Assembly: GCA_963837955.1 (NCBI GenBank)
Contig: CAWIPH010000002.1
Coordinates: 3,040,001 to 3,104,000 of the forward strand
DNA: 64,000 nt
Reading direction: 5' to 3'
DNA from: an uncultured Verrucomicrobiae bacterium
GTDB lineage: Bacteria > Verrucomicrobiota > Verrucomicrobiia > Chthoniobacterales > JAFAMB01
Shown here: piece after piece, positions 1 through 9,403 of the stretch
Layout: every line of letters begins with the position of its first letter
How positions within the stretch are numbered: the first letter of the stretch is position 1
The notes under the pieces: generated by a model
Told to the model about the DNA's origin: nothing
Databases searched by the model: none
Seen by the model: only the letters and a program-made list of their open reading frames with translations
Made by a program: the position numbers and the translations under genes

Positions 1-192
1 GGTACCCGCAACCAGTTCCCTGGGGCCTTTATGCTCCTCTGCATCTCCGATGGCGACATCAAAGGCAACAAGGCGAAGCTCGTCGCGGGCGTAAGAGCGG
101 GAAATATCCTCTTGTTCCGCGCTTGGTTCTGGTCACATGAGATGGATGACGTCACAGAGATTCTCAACGCAGCCAAATCCGCGCACCGTTAG
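1..192 (+). CDS. Partial CDS (3' end only), unknown function
   Basis: Frame 1 is open from the window start (GTRNQFPGAFMLL...) to TAG at 190-192. Confidence 0.45.
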   Translation, partial: GTRNQFPGAFMLLCISDGDIKGNKAKLVAGVRAGNILLFRAWFWSHEMDDVTEILNAAKSAHR

Positions 193-300
193 ATTTTGCT
201 GGCATCGTCTCAGAGTACATCACTGATCAGCTGCAAGCCGTCTTGCTCGTAGGTCGCTTTCGTCCCTCAGCAACCAGTGCTATGGATTTGCTTTACCCTC

Positions 301-1542
301 ATGGCCACAGACACAGGACGGAATTTGAAGGAATCGAACGCAGCACCGGCAGGAAGCGAAACCGTTTTACTCGTTTTGGTGGCTGCCAGCTTCTCCCATC
401 TCCTCAATGACACCATTCAATCCCTTATCCCGGCGATTTATCCGGTTCTGAAGGATTCGTTTCGGCTCAACTTTGCCCAAATCGGTTTGATCACGCTAAC
501 TTTCCAGCTGACCGCTTCGTTGCTGCAGCCGCTGGTGGGTCTTTATACCGACCATCGGCCGCAGCCATTTTCGTTAGCCATCGGAATGGCCTTATCCTTG
601 GTAGGGCTGGTTCTGCTCGCGTTCGCTAATAACTACCCAATGATCTTGGTGGCCGCAGCTTCCGTTGGGTTGGGCTCTTCCATTTTTCACCCCGAAGCAT
701 CTCGCCTAGCCCGCCTCGCTTCTGGCGGCCGCTACGGGTTTGCCCAATCACTTTTTCAAGTCGGAGGCAATGCCGGCCAATCTTTGGGACCTCTTCTGGC
801 GGCACTGATAATTGGCGCGCGAGCCAGAAGCAACGTCATCTGGTTCACGTTGGCTGCACTAGCCGGAATCATCGTGCTTTACAACGCGGGCCGCTGGTAT
901 CAACAAAACCTGACCCGAGCGCATCAGCACATTAGGCGACCAGTCACCCACACGCATCTTCCTCCGAGACAAGTTGGAGTGGCCCTGGCTGTTCTCATTA
1001 GCTTGATTTTTTCGAAGTTTTTCTATCTCGAGAGCATGAGAAGCTATTTTACGTTCTATCTCATCGCAAAGTTCCAGCTACCGGTACAGCACGCCCAGTT
1101 GCTTCTGTTTCTCTTTCTGTTTTCGGTCGCGGCCGGAACCATCATCGGAGGGCCAATCGGAGACCGTTTTGGACGCAAGTACGTAATCTGGATATCGATA
1201 TTGGGCGTCGCGCCCCTCACGTTGCTGTTGCCGTACGTCGGTCTTTTCTGGACGGTAGTGCTCAGCATCCTGATCGGATTAATCTTGTCCTCGGCTTTTC
1301 CTACCATCCTGGTTTACGCTCAAGAATTGCTTCCAGGGAAGGTCGGGCTCATTTCCGGGCTTTTCTTTGGCTTAGCCTTCGGAATGGCCGGCATCGGATC
1401 CGCCGTCTTTGGCCAGCTGGCAGATCACACGAGCATCGAGTACGTGTATTGGATCTGTTCATTTCTCCCCCTTATTGGACTCCTCACCGCATTTCTCCCA
1501 AATCTGGATAAAACTACAACAACCGCACCGGTCGAACCGTGA
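301..1542 (+). CDS. fsr: MFS transporter, fosmidomycin-resistance (Fsr) type
   Basis: SHLLNDTIQSLIPAIYP, GSSIFHPEASRLA and GGPIGDRFGRK motifs; about 12 hydrophobic segments; ATG 301 preferred to GTG 277. Confidence 0.85.
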   Translation: MATDTGRNLKESNAAPAGSETVLLVLVAASFSHLLNDTIQSLIPAIYPVLKDSFRLNFAQIGLITLTFQLTASLLQPLVGLYTDHRPQPFSLAIGMALSLVGLVLLAFANNYPMILVAAASVGLGSSIFHPEASRLARLASGGRYGFAQSLFQVGGNAGQSLGPLLAALIIGARARSNVIWFTLAALAGIIVLYNAGRWYQQNLTRAHQHIRRPVTHTHLPPRQVGVALAVLISLIFSKFFYLESMRSYFTFYLIAKFQLPVQHAQLLLFLFLFSVAAGTIIGGPIGDRFGRKYVIWISILGVAPLTLLLPYVGLFWTVVLSILIGLILSSAFPTILVYAQELLPGKVGLISGLFFGLAFGMAGIGSAVFGQLADHTSIEYVYWICSFLPLIGLLTAFLPNLDKTTTTAPVEP

Positions 1543-1793
1543 TGCTGCATCAATTAGCGATTGCTGCAGGCGAAAACAGCAAATAGCGAAACTGGAAAAC
1601 GCAGACGGAAATGAGGAAACTCATTCGGGCCCGCCCGCCATTATCAAACCACGATTGGATACTAATGGACGCGAATAAAACCAGATCCCTATTCGTGCCT
1701 GTCCGCCATAGTCCGTCGCTACCAGGCGACTGCCGCGTTATGCCGGACGCCGGCGGATACATTCGCGTTTATTCGTGGTTTTGAATACCTGCG

Positions 1794-2162
1794 ATGGACA
1801 GCACATGGCTCCGGTTCGGATTGAGTGCCAGTTTTTTAGCCATTTTGGCCACAACCGGATGCACAACCCGGAAGTCGGTCTCGCCGCCCGCTCCATCATA
1901 CCCGGCCGTGCCGCTAACTTCGGTGCGCGTTCTGGATCAGCTGCCGAGTCCACCATACGAAGCATTAGGGACCATCACAGTGCAAACCGACGCGGATGCT
2001 AATCGAGAAAAAGCCATCGCCGACATTCGACAAAGGGCGGGAAACGACGGAGCAAACGCTATCGTGATCTTATCAGAAAAGGTGTTCAGCTGGCGCAACG
2101 AAGCTATCCACCAGCGGCTCCGTTCGCGCCGGATCGTTGCCCGTGCGCTTCGGCTGCCTTAG
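1794..2162 (+). CDS. Putative lipoprotein
   Basis: Signal peptide with lipobox-like LATTGC; GANAIVI motif typical of small YbjQ/RcsF-like folds. Confidence 0.65.
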   Translation: MDSTWLRFGLSASFLAILATTGCTTRKSVSPPAPSYPAVPLTSVRVLDQLPSPPYEALGTITVQTDADANREKAIADIRQRAGNDGANAIVILSEKVFSWRNEAIHQRLRSRRIVARALRLP

Positions 2163-2240
2163 CTGGGGCCTTATTTCCCACTAGCGAACGACAAGATCTG
2201 CAGCACGTTCATTTCCCTGGTGCTGCCCGTGAACGAATGC

Positions 2241-3254
2241 TCAGAGCCGAATCACTAGTTTGCCGTTGGCTTGGTTTGACTCCATCAAGCGATGGGCTTC
2301 CCGGATATCTTCGAACGGAAAAACCTTCGCCGGTTTTGCCTTGTACGCACGGGCAGCAGCCCGATCGATTATCGTCTGGAACGGGACATCCGATAGAGGA
2401 AAATCCGGCATGCCGTACATAAAACTGCCGAAAAAACTGAAATGCACGCCACTCGGCATTTGGAGCAGCGGATTGAAAGAGGCAATCGGAGCAAGACCCC
2501 CCAAGAACCCGGCCAGACAGACGCGTCCGCCGCAGCGCGCCATAGCGAGCGAATCAAGGAGGGTGCTATTGCCGACCAACTCCAACACCGCGTCCACACC
2601 CTCTGGATAAAGTTTGCGAACGCGGCGGGAAAGGTCCGGACCTTCCAGATCGACGTGTTCCGCCCCTAAGCCTTCCAACATCGAAATCCGATCGCGATTG
2701 CGGGTTGTTGCGATAACGTGCGCGCCAGCCTGTGCAGCGATGTTTAAAGCCGCCTGTCCGAGTGCCGATGTAGCTCCCCGTATGACGAGAGTCTGATCAG
2801 GGACGAGCGCAAGATTACCGTGCAGGCAGGTCCAGGCTGTCGCATAGGATTCCGGAATTGCCGCGAGTTCCTCCCAAGAAAGGTCGGACTCAATCGGCAT
2901 CACATTCGTCGCCGGCACGCGCGTGTATTCGGCGTAGCTGCCATCGATCGTGCGCCCCATGCCCCCCATCAACGCCACAACCTTTTGGCCCTCGGCGAGC
3001 CGGCCCTCGGGATCGGCCTTTACCAAACCCACGCATTCGATGCCACTCACCTTGGCTACATCGCCCCATTCCCCTTTTCTCATGTAGGTCTCGGCGTGAT
3101 TCACTCCGAATGCTTTGACTTGGATAACCACGTGGCCGGGTTTTGGTTCAGGAATAGCTAGCTCCTGAATCACTAATTCCTCAGGACCGCCATATCGTTG
3201 TCTGACAATCGCGCGCATCTTCTCTTCGTTTTTTTGAATTGTTTCGGTGTTCAT
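2241..3254 (-). CDS. Medium-chain dehydrogenase / NADPH:quinone oxidoreductase family
   Basis: VKAFGVNHAE, GSYAEY, GATSALG and C-terminal AHRLMESNQANGKLVI. Confidence 0.9.
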   Translation of the reverse strand: MNTETIQKNEEKMRAIVRQRYGGPEELVIQELAIPEPKPGHVVIQVKAFGVNHAETYMRKGEWGDVAKVSGIECVGLVKADPEGRLAEGQKVVALMGGMGRTIDGSYAEYTRVPATNVMPIESDLSWEELAAIPESYATAWTCLHGNLALVPDQTLVIRGATSALGQAALNIAAQAGAHVIATTRNRDRISMLEGLGAEHVDLEGPDLSRRVRKLYPEGVDAVLELVGNSTLLDSLAMARCGGRVCLAGFLGGLAPIASFNPLLQMPSGVHFSFFGSFMYGMPDFPLSDVPFQTIIDRAAARAYKAKPAKVFPFEDIREAHRLMESNQANGKLVIRL

Positions 3255-3490
3255 GACTGTTTCCTTGCTTTGGGCCGGCCCTATTGGGACGACATAGGTT
3301 CAGACAAGAACTGCCGGGCGTTGTGACAGTTTCCCGGGAACATTTTTTGGCGGACCAGCGCACCTCACGTACAGCGGTGGTGTCCTCGCAGTCATGCGTG
3401 CGCGCCAAAACGAGGACTTGCAATTAGGCTCGGACTGGTCCGTCAACGACCAAGGAATCGATGCCGGCTTCTCAGCCGTCCGGAGGACTT

Positions 3491-3702
3491 GTCCCACAGG
3501 GACGAATGAAAGTAGCCCAACACTTTAGTGCTGGGTTAGCGTTTTTTTACCCGAGACGTCCGGACGATCGACCCTTATCTGTTCTCATGAAGTTACATTA
3601 AGGCCCAAGAGGCGAACGTTTCTATCGTCCCCTACGGAACGGACGCGTCTTTTGCACCATTCCCCAGCAATAAATTGCTGGGCTACTTTCATTCGTCCCT
3701 GG
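3491..3702. repeat. REP/REPIN-like palindromic element, family A; its distal hairpin is interrupted by IS copy 1
   Basis: GTCCCACAGGGAC-GAATGAAAGTAGCCCA arm and inverted arm CTGGGCTACTTTCATTCGTCCC. Confidence 0.8.
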
Positions 3703-5174
3703 GGGGCTTGTCGGACTTTTCAATTGGGTAGCAGATCTGGTAAAAAGGTGGATGCCAGAGCGATATGTAGTCATTGATCGGCAGACGCCGATGTTGTTGC
3801 CGGTCGATTTGCGAGATTGGGTGGCAAAGGATGATTTGGCGCGCTTGATAGCGGAGGCGATCGATCAATGCGATCTACGGCTAGCTTGTACCAATGAGCG
3901 GGGTAGCGGTAGTGCGCAGTATCCGCCTGGAATGATGTTGGGCTTACTGATTTACGCTTATGCGCGAGGAGTATTTTCTTCCCGGCGCATCGAACAACTC
4001 AGTTACGAAAGCCTTTCGGTGCGTTACTTGTGTGGCAACACCCATCCGGATCACGATACCATCGCGAAGTTTCGGCGAGAGAACGGAGCGTTATTTCGAG
4101 AGTGTTTCCGTAGCGTGTTATTGTTGGCGCGGGAATTAGGATTGGTTCGAGTGGGCAAGCTAGCAGTGGATGGAACGCGACTGGAAGCCAACGCCAATCG
4201 CCATCGCTTCAGCACGCGGGAGCAATTAGAGCAAGAAAGGGCTCGAGTCGAAGAGCTCATTAGCGAGCTGATCCAACGAGGGGAAGCGGCTGATCAAGCT
4301 GAAGAGGGCGAAGCAGAGACTGAAGGCTTGCCAGCGGAGTTAGCCGATGGGCAAAAGCGCCGTAAGGCCATCAAAGAAGCTCTAGAGCGCATCAAGCAAC
4401 GAGAAGCCCAGCAGCAAGCCGAAAAAGAGCAATTAGCCCAGAGCGGTCGTCAGAGCCAGGCCAAGGAGGTACGGATGAATTTGACCGATCCAGACTGTGG
4501 GATCTTACACCGTAAAGGGGCAGGTACAGTCATTGGCTATAACGCCCAAATTGGAGTCGATATCCAAGGTGCAGGCCTGATTGTGACTAATGCCGTCAGT
4601 GCCAAAGGGGGCGACGCGGAGTTATTGAACCAAGTCCTTGAGCAGCTCGCTCCCGAGTTAGGAGCAGTAAAGGAAGTGGTCGTCGATTGTGGCTATGAGA
4701 GCGGACCCAAAGCCTATGAGCTGGAAAAGAGCCTTGGCACCAAAGTCTATTATCCTCCCCGTCCGATCCAAGTCAGTGCTAGTGGACCAAAACATCGCAA
4801 CAGCCATAGGCAACGCTTGGCGCGACACATGCGTTATTTAATCAAAAAACGCATCGAGTCCCCCCACGGACAGTGGTTGCAACGTCGGCGCCAAACGGTA
4901 GCTGAGGGTGCTTTTGGTTTTATCAAACGCGCGTTGGGCTTTCAGCGCTTCAGTCTACGCGGCTTGCAAAAAGTTCAGACCGAATGGCAACTAGTCTGCT
5001 TGGCCTTTAACCTGCGCAAACTGGCCTAAAGAAAACAAAAAGGCTCTGCACCTACCCGCAGCTCCCTTCGCGGAAAATTACGGCTTACCTCAAAGCTGAT
5101 CGCAATCCTCCCCTTTACCGTCTCCCTTCCGCCAAAAAAAAGCGGAAAAAACATCACGAAGTCCGACGGCCCCC
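3703..5174 (+). mobile_element. IS1182-family insertion sequence, copy 1 (1472 bp)
   Basis: Ends GGGGCTTGTCGGACTT and AAGTCCGACGGCCCCC (13/16 inverted match); same sequence at 25949-27420. Confidence 0.9.
3752..5029 (+). CDS. IS1182-family DDE transposase
   Basis: YPPGMMLGLLIYAY..SSRRIE..PDHDTIAKFR N-domain; VDGT, VVVDCGY and RRQTVAEGAFG catalytic segments. Confidence 0.92.
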   Translation: MPERYVVIDRQTPMLLPVDLRDWVAKDDLARLIAEAIDQCDLRLACTNERGSGSAQYPPGMMLGLLIYAYARGVFSSRRIEQLSYESLSVRYLCGNTHPDHDTIAKFRRENGALFRECFRSVLLLARELGLVRVGKLAVDGTRLEANANRHRFSTREQLEQERARVEELISELIQRGEAADQAEEGEAETEGLPAELADGQKRRKAIKEALERIKQREAQQQAEKEQLAQSGRQSQAKEVRMNLTDPDCGILHRKGAGTVIGYNAQIGVDIQGAGLIVTNAVSAKGGDAELLNQVLEQLAPELGAVKEVVVDCGYESGPKAYELEKSLGTKVYYPPRPIQVSASGPKHRNSHRQRLARHMRYLIKKRIESPHGQWLQRRRQTVAEGAFGFIKRALGFQRFSLRGLQKVQTEWQLVCLAFNLRKLA

Positions 5175-5181
5175 GGAGGGA

Positions 5182-6120
5182 CTAGTTCCCGGAATCGAAA
5201 CCGGATCCGGTGATCAGTTCGCGGAGTTTGGTAGCTAAATCAGCCGGCGCCAGAAACGCATGTTCGCGAAATAGTTCGGCGTGTTTGCGGTCGAGCGATT
5301 CGAGTTCATTTAGGCGGTGCGGCGCAATATCGCCTACGCTGGCCAATCTACCCTTCGTAAATTGTAAACGGTCGGGATCCACATAGCCCGCCTGCATGAA
5401 GCCTCGGGTCTTCTTCGCGCATCGGCAGGGGTTAGCAGCGTTAACCAGACCGCACTTGTCACTCATGAATTGGTAAAGATCGCGTCGCGCGCGAGAGAGG
5501 AGTTGCCGAAAATTGTCCGGCAAGATCTCCATCGCCTCGGCTCCAACTTCGCTGCTAACACCGAAAATTTCGCCAAGGATGAAAACCAAACGCTGGCGAC
5601 GGTCCAAGCACAAAAGCATCGCGTTCATGCAGGTGAGTCGAGTTTCTTCGACCAGAAGCGGTAGCTCGACCGGAACGGCCTGAGGATCAGGCAGATCAAG
5701 ATTAGGCGTGGCATCAAGTGAACGACCCATATCGGTAAAGGTCATCCTCTCTTCCATTTCGGTTTTGCGCACGTTAAGCAGGTGATTGACAGCGATACGA
5801 TACAACCAGGTCCGAAATTGGCTCTGACCCCGGAATGTGCTCAGCTTCGTTACGATCTTGATAAGGATTTCTTGGGTGGCGTCCTCAGCCAGATCGCGCC
5901 GCCACATCATTCGGATAGCGATATTAAAAACCCAAGGCTGGTGGCGACGTACCAATTTCTCCAGGGCGACCTCGTCACCAGCCTGAGCCTTGGAAACAAG
6001 CTCCTCATCCCCGGGCCCGTTGCTCTCCGTTGCAATTTGAGCAAAGGGGTTGGCCCATTCTCCTCGGGTTTCAGCACCAAAAATTTCGTTGGATGTGTTC
6101 GTTATGTCCAATTTAGACAT
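5182..6120 (-). CDS. ECF sigma-70 factor with Cys-rich C-terminal extension
   Basis: AEDATQE..FRTWLYRIAVN region 2 and a region 4 HTH, followed by CGLVNAANPCRC; start uncertain (6120 or 6150). Confidence 0.85.
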   Translation of the reverse strand: MSKLDITNTSNEIFGAETRGEWANPFAQIATESNGPGDEELVSKAQAGDEVALEKLVRRHQPWVFNIAIRMMWRRDLAEDATQEILIKIVTKLSTFRGQSQFRTWLYRIAVNHLLNVRKTEMEERMTFTDMGRSLDATPNLDLPDPQAVPVELPLLVEETRLTCMNAMLLCLDRRQRLVFILGEIFGVSSEVGAEAMEILPDNFRQLLSRARRDLYQFMSDKCGLVNAANPCRCAKKTRGFMQAGYVDPDRLQFTKGRLASVGDIAPHRLNELESLDRKHAELFREHAFLAPADLATKLRELITGSGFDSGN

Positions 6121-6364
6121 TTTGAAAAAACTATTGTGACAGTGATCCAAATTAAAGAGCTTGTTAAGCGCTCGCCTATTCCGACGGCAAATTCTCTAAG
6201 AGCCTCTCATCAGTTCCAGCCTCATTCTAGGGGGCGATCCATAGCGCCACTCAGAACGCTTATAGAGTGACCCGATCGGGTTGAGGCCGACTCTGTACCT
6301 TGGCAAGGGCTCAAACCGGATTTGCGGAAATGAGCGAAGACAGGGGTCACGTAATAGGCTGGGC

Positions 6365-6745
6365 TCACCTGGCGGAAGACGCTCTGCGCCCGCATTCTGT
6401 CAGATCAACGCATCGGCAACGGGCCACCCTGTCTACTAGGCTGCGCATCAGTAATAGGCGGGCCATCTGCGCGTCGAGCTCGTGCCGTTTCTCTTGAGCC
6501 AGCTTGCGCCAACGCTGAGATGGTGGGACGTCCGGATCGAAACCGTTCACGAGTCTGCGTATCTCAGCAAGCCGGAAGCCACAAGCCTTGGCCAGCCGAA
6601 GGACGGCGACTTGGTCCACATCCCCCGACCGATACCGTCTCCGCCCGCCAATACGCTCGGGTCGAGGTAGTAAATCGATTCGTTCGTAGTAGCGAATCGT
6701 CGATGTAGGCACTCCACACTTTGCCGCGAGTTGGCCGATAGTCAT
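6365..6745 (-). CDS. MerR-family (SoxR-like) transcriptional regulator
   Basis: MTIGQLAAKCGVPTSTIRYYE HTH, C-terminal CRCVDLTEC cluster; start moved to ATG 6745. Confidence 0.85.
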   Translation of the reverse strand: MTIGQLAAKCGVPTSTIRYYERIDLLPRPERIGGRRRYRSGDVDQVAVLRLAKACGFRLAEIRRLVNGFDPDVPPSQRWRKLAQEKRHELDAQMARLLLMRSLVDRVARCRCVDLTECGRRASSAR

Positions 6746-6763
6746 AGAAGTTGCTCCGAGCGC

Positions 6764-6794
6764 TTGACTTAAACCGTACTTCAAGTCGGAGGAT
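6764..6794 (+). promoter_or_regulatory. MerR-type promoter/operator for the 6801 gene
   Basis: TTGACT-19 nt-GAGGAT with dyad ACTTaAA..TTcAAGT in the long spacer, between divergent genes. Confidence 0.7.
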
Positions 6795-6800
6795 TCGGCT

Positions 6801-7200
6801 ATGAAGATAGCGGCAGTTTTGTTCGGGTCCTTGTTCTGCGCATTTGCGGTAGCCGAGGACGTTCCATCACCGGCTTTGGCCTGTAATCCCAATGGGATCG
6901 ATGCGGCGGAATGGCCTCACTATGAGAAACTTTTGGGTCTGCTGTACAGCGCGGCAAGGGAGCGGCGCGAGCTTTCCGACGGGTACACTGTTCCGGCTGG
7001 ATGGCAAAAAGATTTCCCTGCAAGAGACCGCACAGTGGATAAGCCTGGAACGCCTTTGTTGTCCTTTCCTGACATTTCAGGTCGAGGTCACCGGCGCAAC
7101 GGACGATTGCTGGTTGACACTCAAGGGTCCCTCGGGGGTCAAAGCTTTCCTTGATGCCGAGCTGGCAATCGTACCAGTCCGGAACAAAGTCGGCCCCTAA
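6801..7200 (+). pseudogene. Exported Cys-motif protein split by a +1 frameshift at about 6987-6990 (pseudogene or sequencing indel)
   Basis: Signal peptide, LACN and RELSDGY in one frame; FRL..ERLCCPFLTF..WLTLKGP continues in another; removing one base gives 132 aa. Confidence 0.7.
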
Positions 7201-7291
7201 CGTTAGGCGAAAACTCTCCGCCAAGGCGCACCAAAGTTTAGCAAGGAATCGGGTGCGCGAGGAAGGTTCGTGTCCGAGCGCTTCCCGTCAG

Positions 7292-8281
7292 TTACTCTGG
7301 GCGTTCGGAGAAATCCGAGCAGTCGCGTTTCAGCAACTCTGCCGCCGTAGGCTCATCCACGATCAACTCGGTCATCAGACCGCCGCGCAGAGCTGCGCGC
7401 AATCCGTCTACCTTGCCCAGACCCGAAACTACGCAAAGAGCGTGCTTGGCCTCTTGAAAGATTGTTAGATCCGGACCGCTGGCCCGATGGTTAATTGGGA
7501 TGTCGTGGAAGCTACCGTCCGCTCGAAAAAAAACTGTGGCGATATCACCGACCGCACCCGCCTTCTTCAGCTCACGAAAATCCCCCTTTTCCAAATAGCC
7601 GCCAACGTAAACATGGCTCGGGACACGCGCACCAAAAGCGCCGATGCTGTAAACCAGCAAGTCGGTGCGGGCGATCATTTTCAAGATCCGTTGAACTGAA
7701 CGTTCTCGGAGCATTGCGGTTTTCGTCTGGGGAAAATCAAAAAAAGTCGGAACAGGAAAGAGATGGGCCCGGGCCCCGTAATTCAAGGCAAAGCGGCTAT
7801 AAATTTCGCCAATATAGAAATTGTTAAATGCCAGAATATTGGCCGAACCGTTCAATTGCACTAGATCGACGTTTTTACATGGTTTTGGCAGCAACCGCCG
7901 GGAAATAGCATCCAGCGTCGTTCCCCAAGCGATTCCGACCGTCATCTCGGAGTGAATTAATCCATTGAGATGATTCGCCGCGAAGTTGCCTACACGTTCC
8001 AGCCACTCATCTTCGCGCGAGTTGGCTGGCACTGGAATAACCCTAACTTGTCCTACCTGGAACTGTCTTTGAATTGCTTGCTCTAGCTCTTGCGGGTGAG
8101 CTAGTGAATCCTGAATTCGAATCTCTACCAGGCCACTCGACCGGGCAAAGCTGAGCAGGCGCGACACCTTTGGACGAGAAAGCTTCAACTCGGCGGCGAT
8201 CGCTTCGGTTGTTAACCCCTGATAATAATAGAGTCGGGCGACCTGAACCGCCGAAGCCCTTTGTTGCTCGGATGGCGACAT
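7292..8281 (-). CDS. SorC/DeoR-family sugar-binding transcriptional regulator, probably of the glp operon
   Basis: VARLYYYQGLTTEAIA..SRPKVSRLL HTH, GIAWGTT and GAVGDI; divergent from glpF. Confidence 0.88.
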   Translation of the reverse strand: MSPSEQQRASAVQVARLYYYQGLTTEAIAAELKLSRPKVSRLLSFARSSGLVEIRIQDSLAHPQELEQAIQRQFQVGQVRVIPVPANSREDEWLERVGNFAANHLNGLIHSEMTVGIAWGTTLDAISRRLLPKPCKNVDLVQLNGSANILAFNNFYIGEIYSRFALNYGARAHLFPVPTFFDFPQTKTAMLRERSVQRILKMIARTDLLVYSIGAFGARVPSHVYVGGYLEKGDFRELKKAGAVGDIATVFFRADGSFHDIPINHRASGPDLTIFQEAKHALCVVSGLGKVDGLRAALRGGLMTELIVDEPTAAELLKRDCSDFSERPE

Positions 8282-8329
8282 CGTGAAAGGCAGACCATAT
8301 ACTACAGAGATGCCTTCCGTCGAGGACAG

Positions 8330-8364
8330 TGAACAAAGGTTCAAACTCATTGACAAACTGTTCA
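8330..8364. promoter_or_regulatory. Candidate operator(s) and -35 box in the regulator/glpF intergenic region
   Basis: Palindrome TGAAC-AAAG-GTTCA at 8330-8343 and related TGACAAACTGTTCA overlapping TTGACA at 8350. Confidence 0.45.
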
Positions 8365-8625
8365 GTGTGCGATAAACGGACACAATCAGAGCCACCTCCC
8401 CCAGCCTGGTGTGGTCTAGCCGCCTGTTTGCGGTCGACCTTACCGTTCGGTGTACGGCTGGGTTGGTCCAGCTCGCTTAAACCCCACCCAAAAACAAAAA
8501 ACCTGAAGCTTGATTGACCCGCTAATGGGGTCACTCGGGCGATTTGGATTTTTTCAGGTTGTTGGCTCGGCTGCCCACAATCTGACCTGTCCAATTAAAC
8601 ACCCCCCAAGACATCTATTCAAATT

Positions 8626-9375
8626 ATGGACATATTCCTTCCAGAACTGATCGGCACCATGCTGCTGATTATCTTCGGCGACGGAGTCGTTGCAAACGTC
8701 GTATTAAGTAAGACGAAAGGACAAAACTCCGGCTGGATTGTTATCGCGACCGGATGGGCGATGGCCGTCGTAGTCGGCGTTTATGCCGTTGCAGGATACA
8801 CCGGTGCGCACATTAACCCGGCTGTGACTATCGGCCTCCTCTCGATCGGAAAATTGACCGTCGACAAGGCGATCCTCTACATCCTTGGTCAGTTTACCGG
8901 TGCATTCATCGGCGGCGTCATCGTCTGGTTGGCGTATCACGAGCATTTTGCTGCGACCGAGGACAAAGGGCTAAAATTAGCCGTTTTCTGCACCGGCCCG
9001 GCGCTTCGTACGCCCGGTTGGAACCTTGTAACCGAAATAATTGGTACGTTCGCCCTGGTGTTTGGGGTGCTTTCAATGCTCTCCACTCGCAACCTGGTGG
9101 AGAAGACCGGTTTGGCTCCGGCTTTAGCTCCTTTTATCGTCGGACTTCTGGTCTGGGGCATCGGCCTTTCGCTCGGTGGTCCGACTGGGTATGCCATTAA
9201 CCCGGCGCGTGATCTTGGCCCGCGTATCGCTCATGCTGTACTGCCGATACCGGGGAAAGGTAGCTCCGATTGGGGTTATTCGTGGATCCCCGTCGTCGGT
9301 CCAATCATCGGTGGCATCCTGGGAGCTCTTATCTATACCTGGACTCTCGGCTCATTTCCCACTCCCACTACTTAA
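8626..9375 (+). CDS. glpF: Glycerol uptake facilitator (MIP family)
   Basis: Two NPA motifs (HINPAV, AINPARD); upstream of glpK. Confidence 0.95.
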   Translation: MDIFLPELIGTMLLIIFGDGVVANVVLSKTKGQNSGWIVIATGWAMAVVVGVYAVAGYTGAHINPAVTIGLLSIGKLTVDKAILYILGQFTGAFIGGVIVWLAYHEHFAATEDKGLKLAVFCTGPALRTPGWNLVTEIIGTFALVFGVLSMLSTRNLVEKTGLAPALAPFIVGLLVWGIGLSLGGPTGYAINPARDLGPRIAHAVLPIPGKGSSDWGYSWIPVVGPIIGGILGALIYTWTLGSFPTPTT

Positions 9376-9403
9376 ACCACAAAATTAGAACAGTCTCGAT
9401 AAT

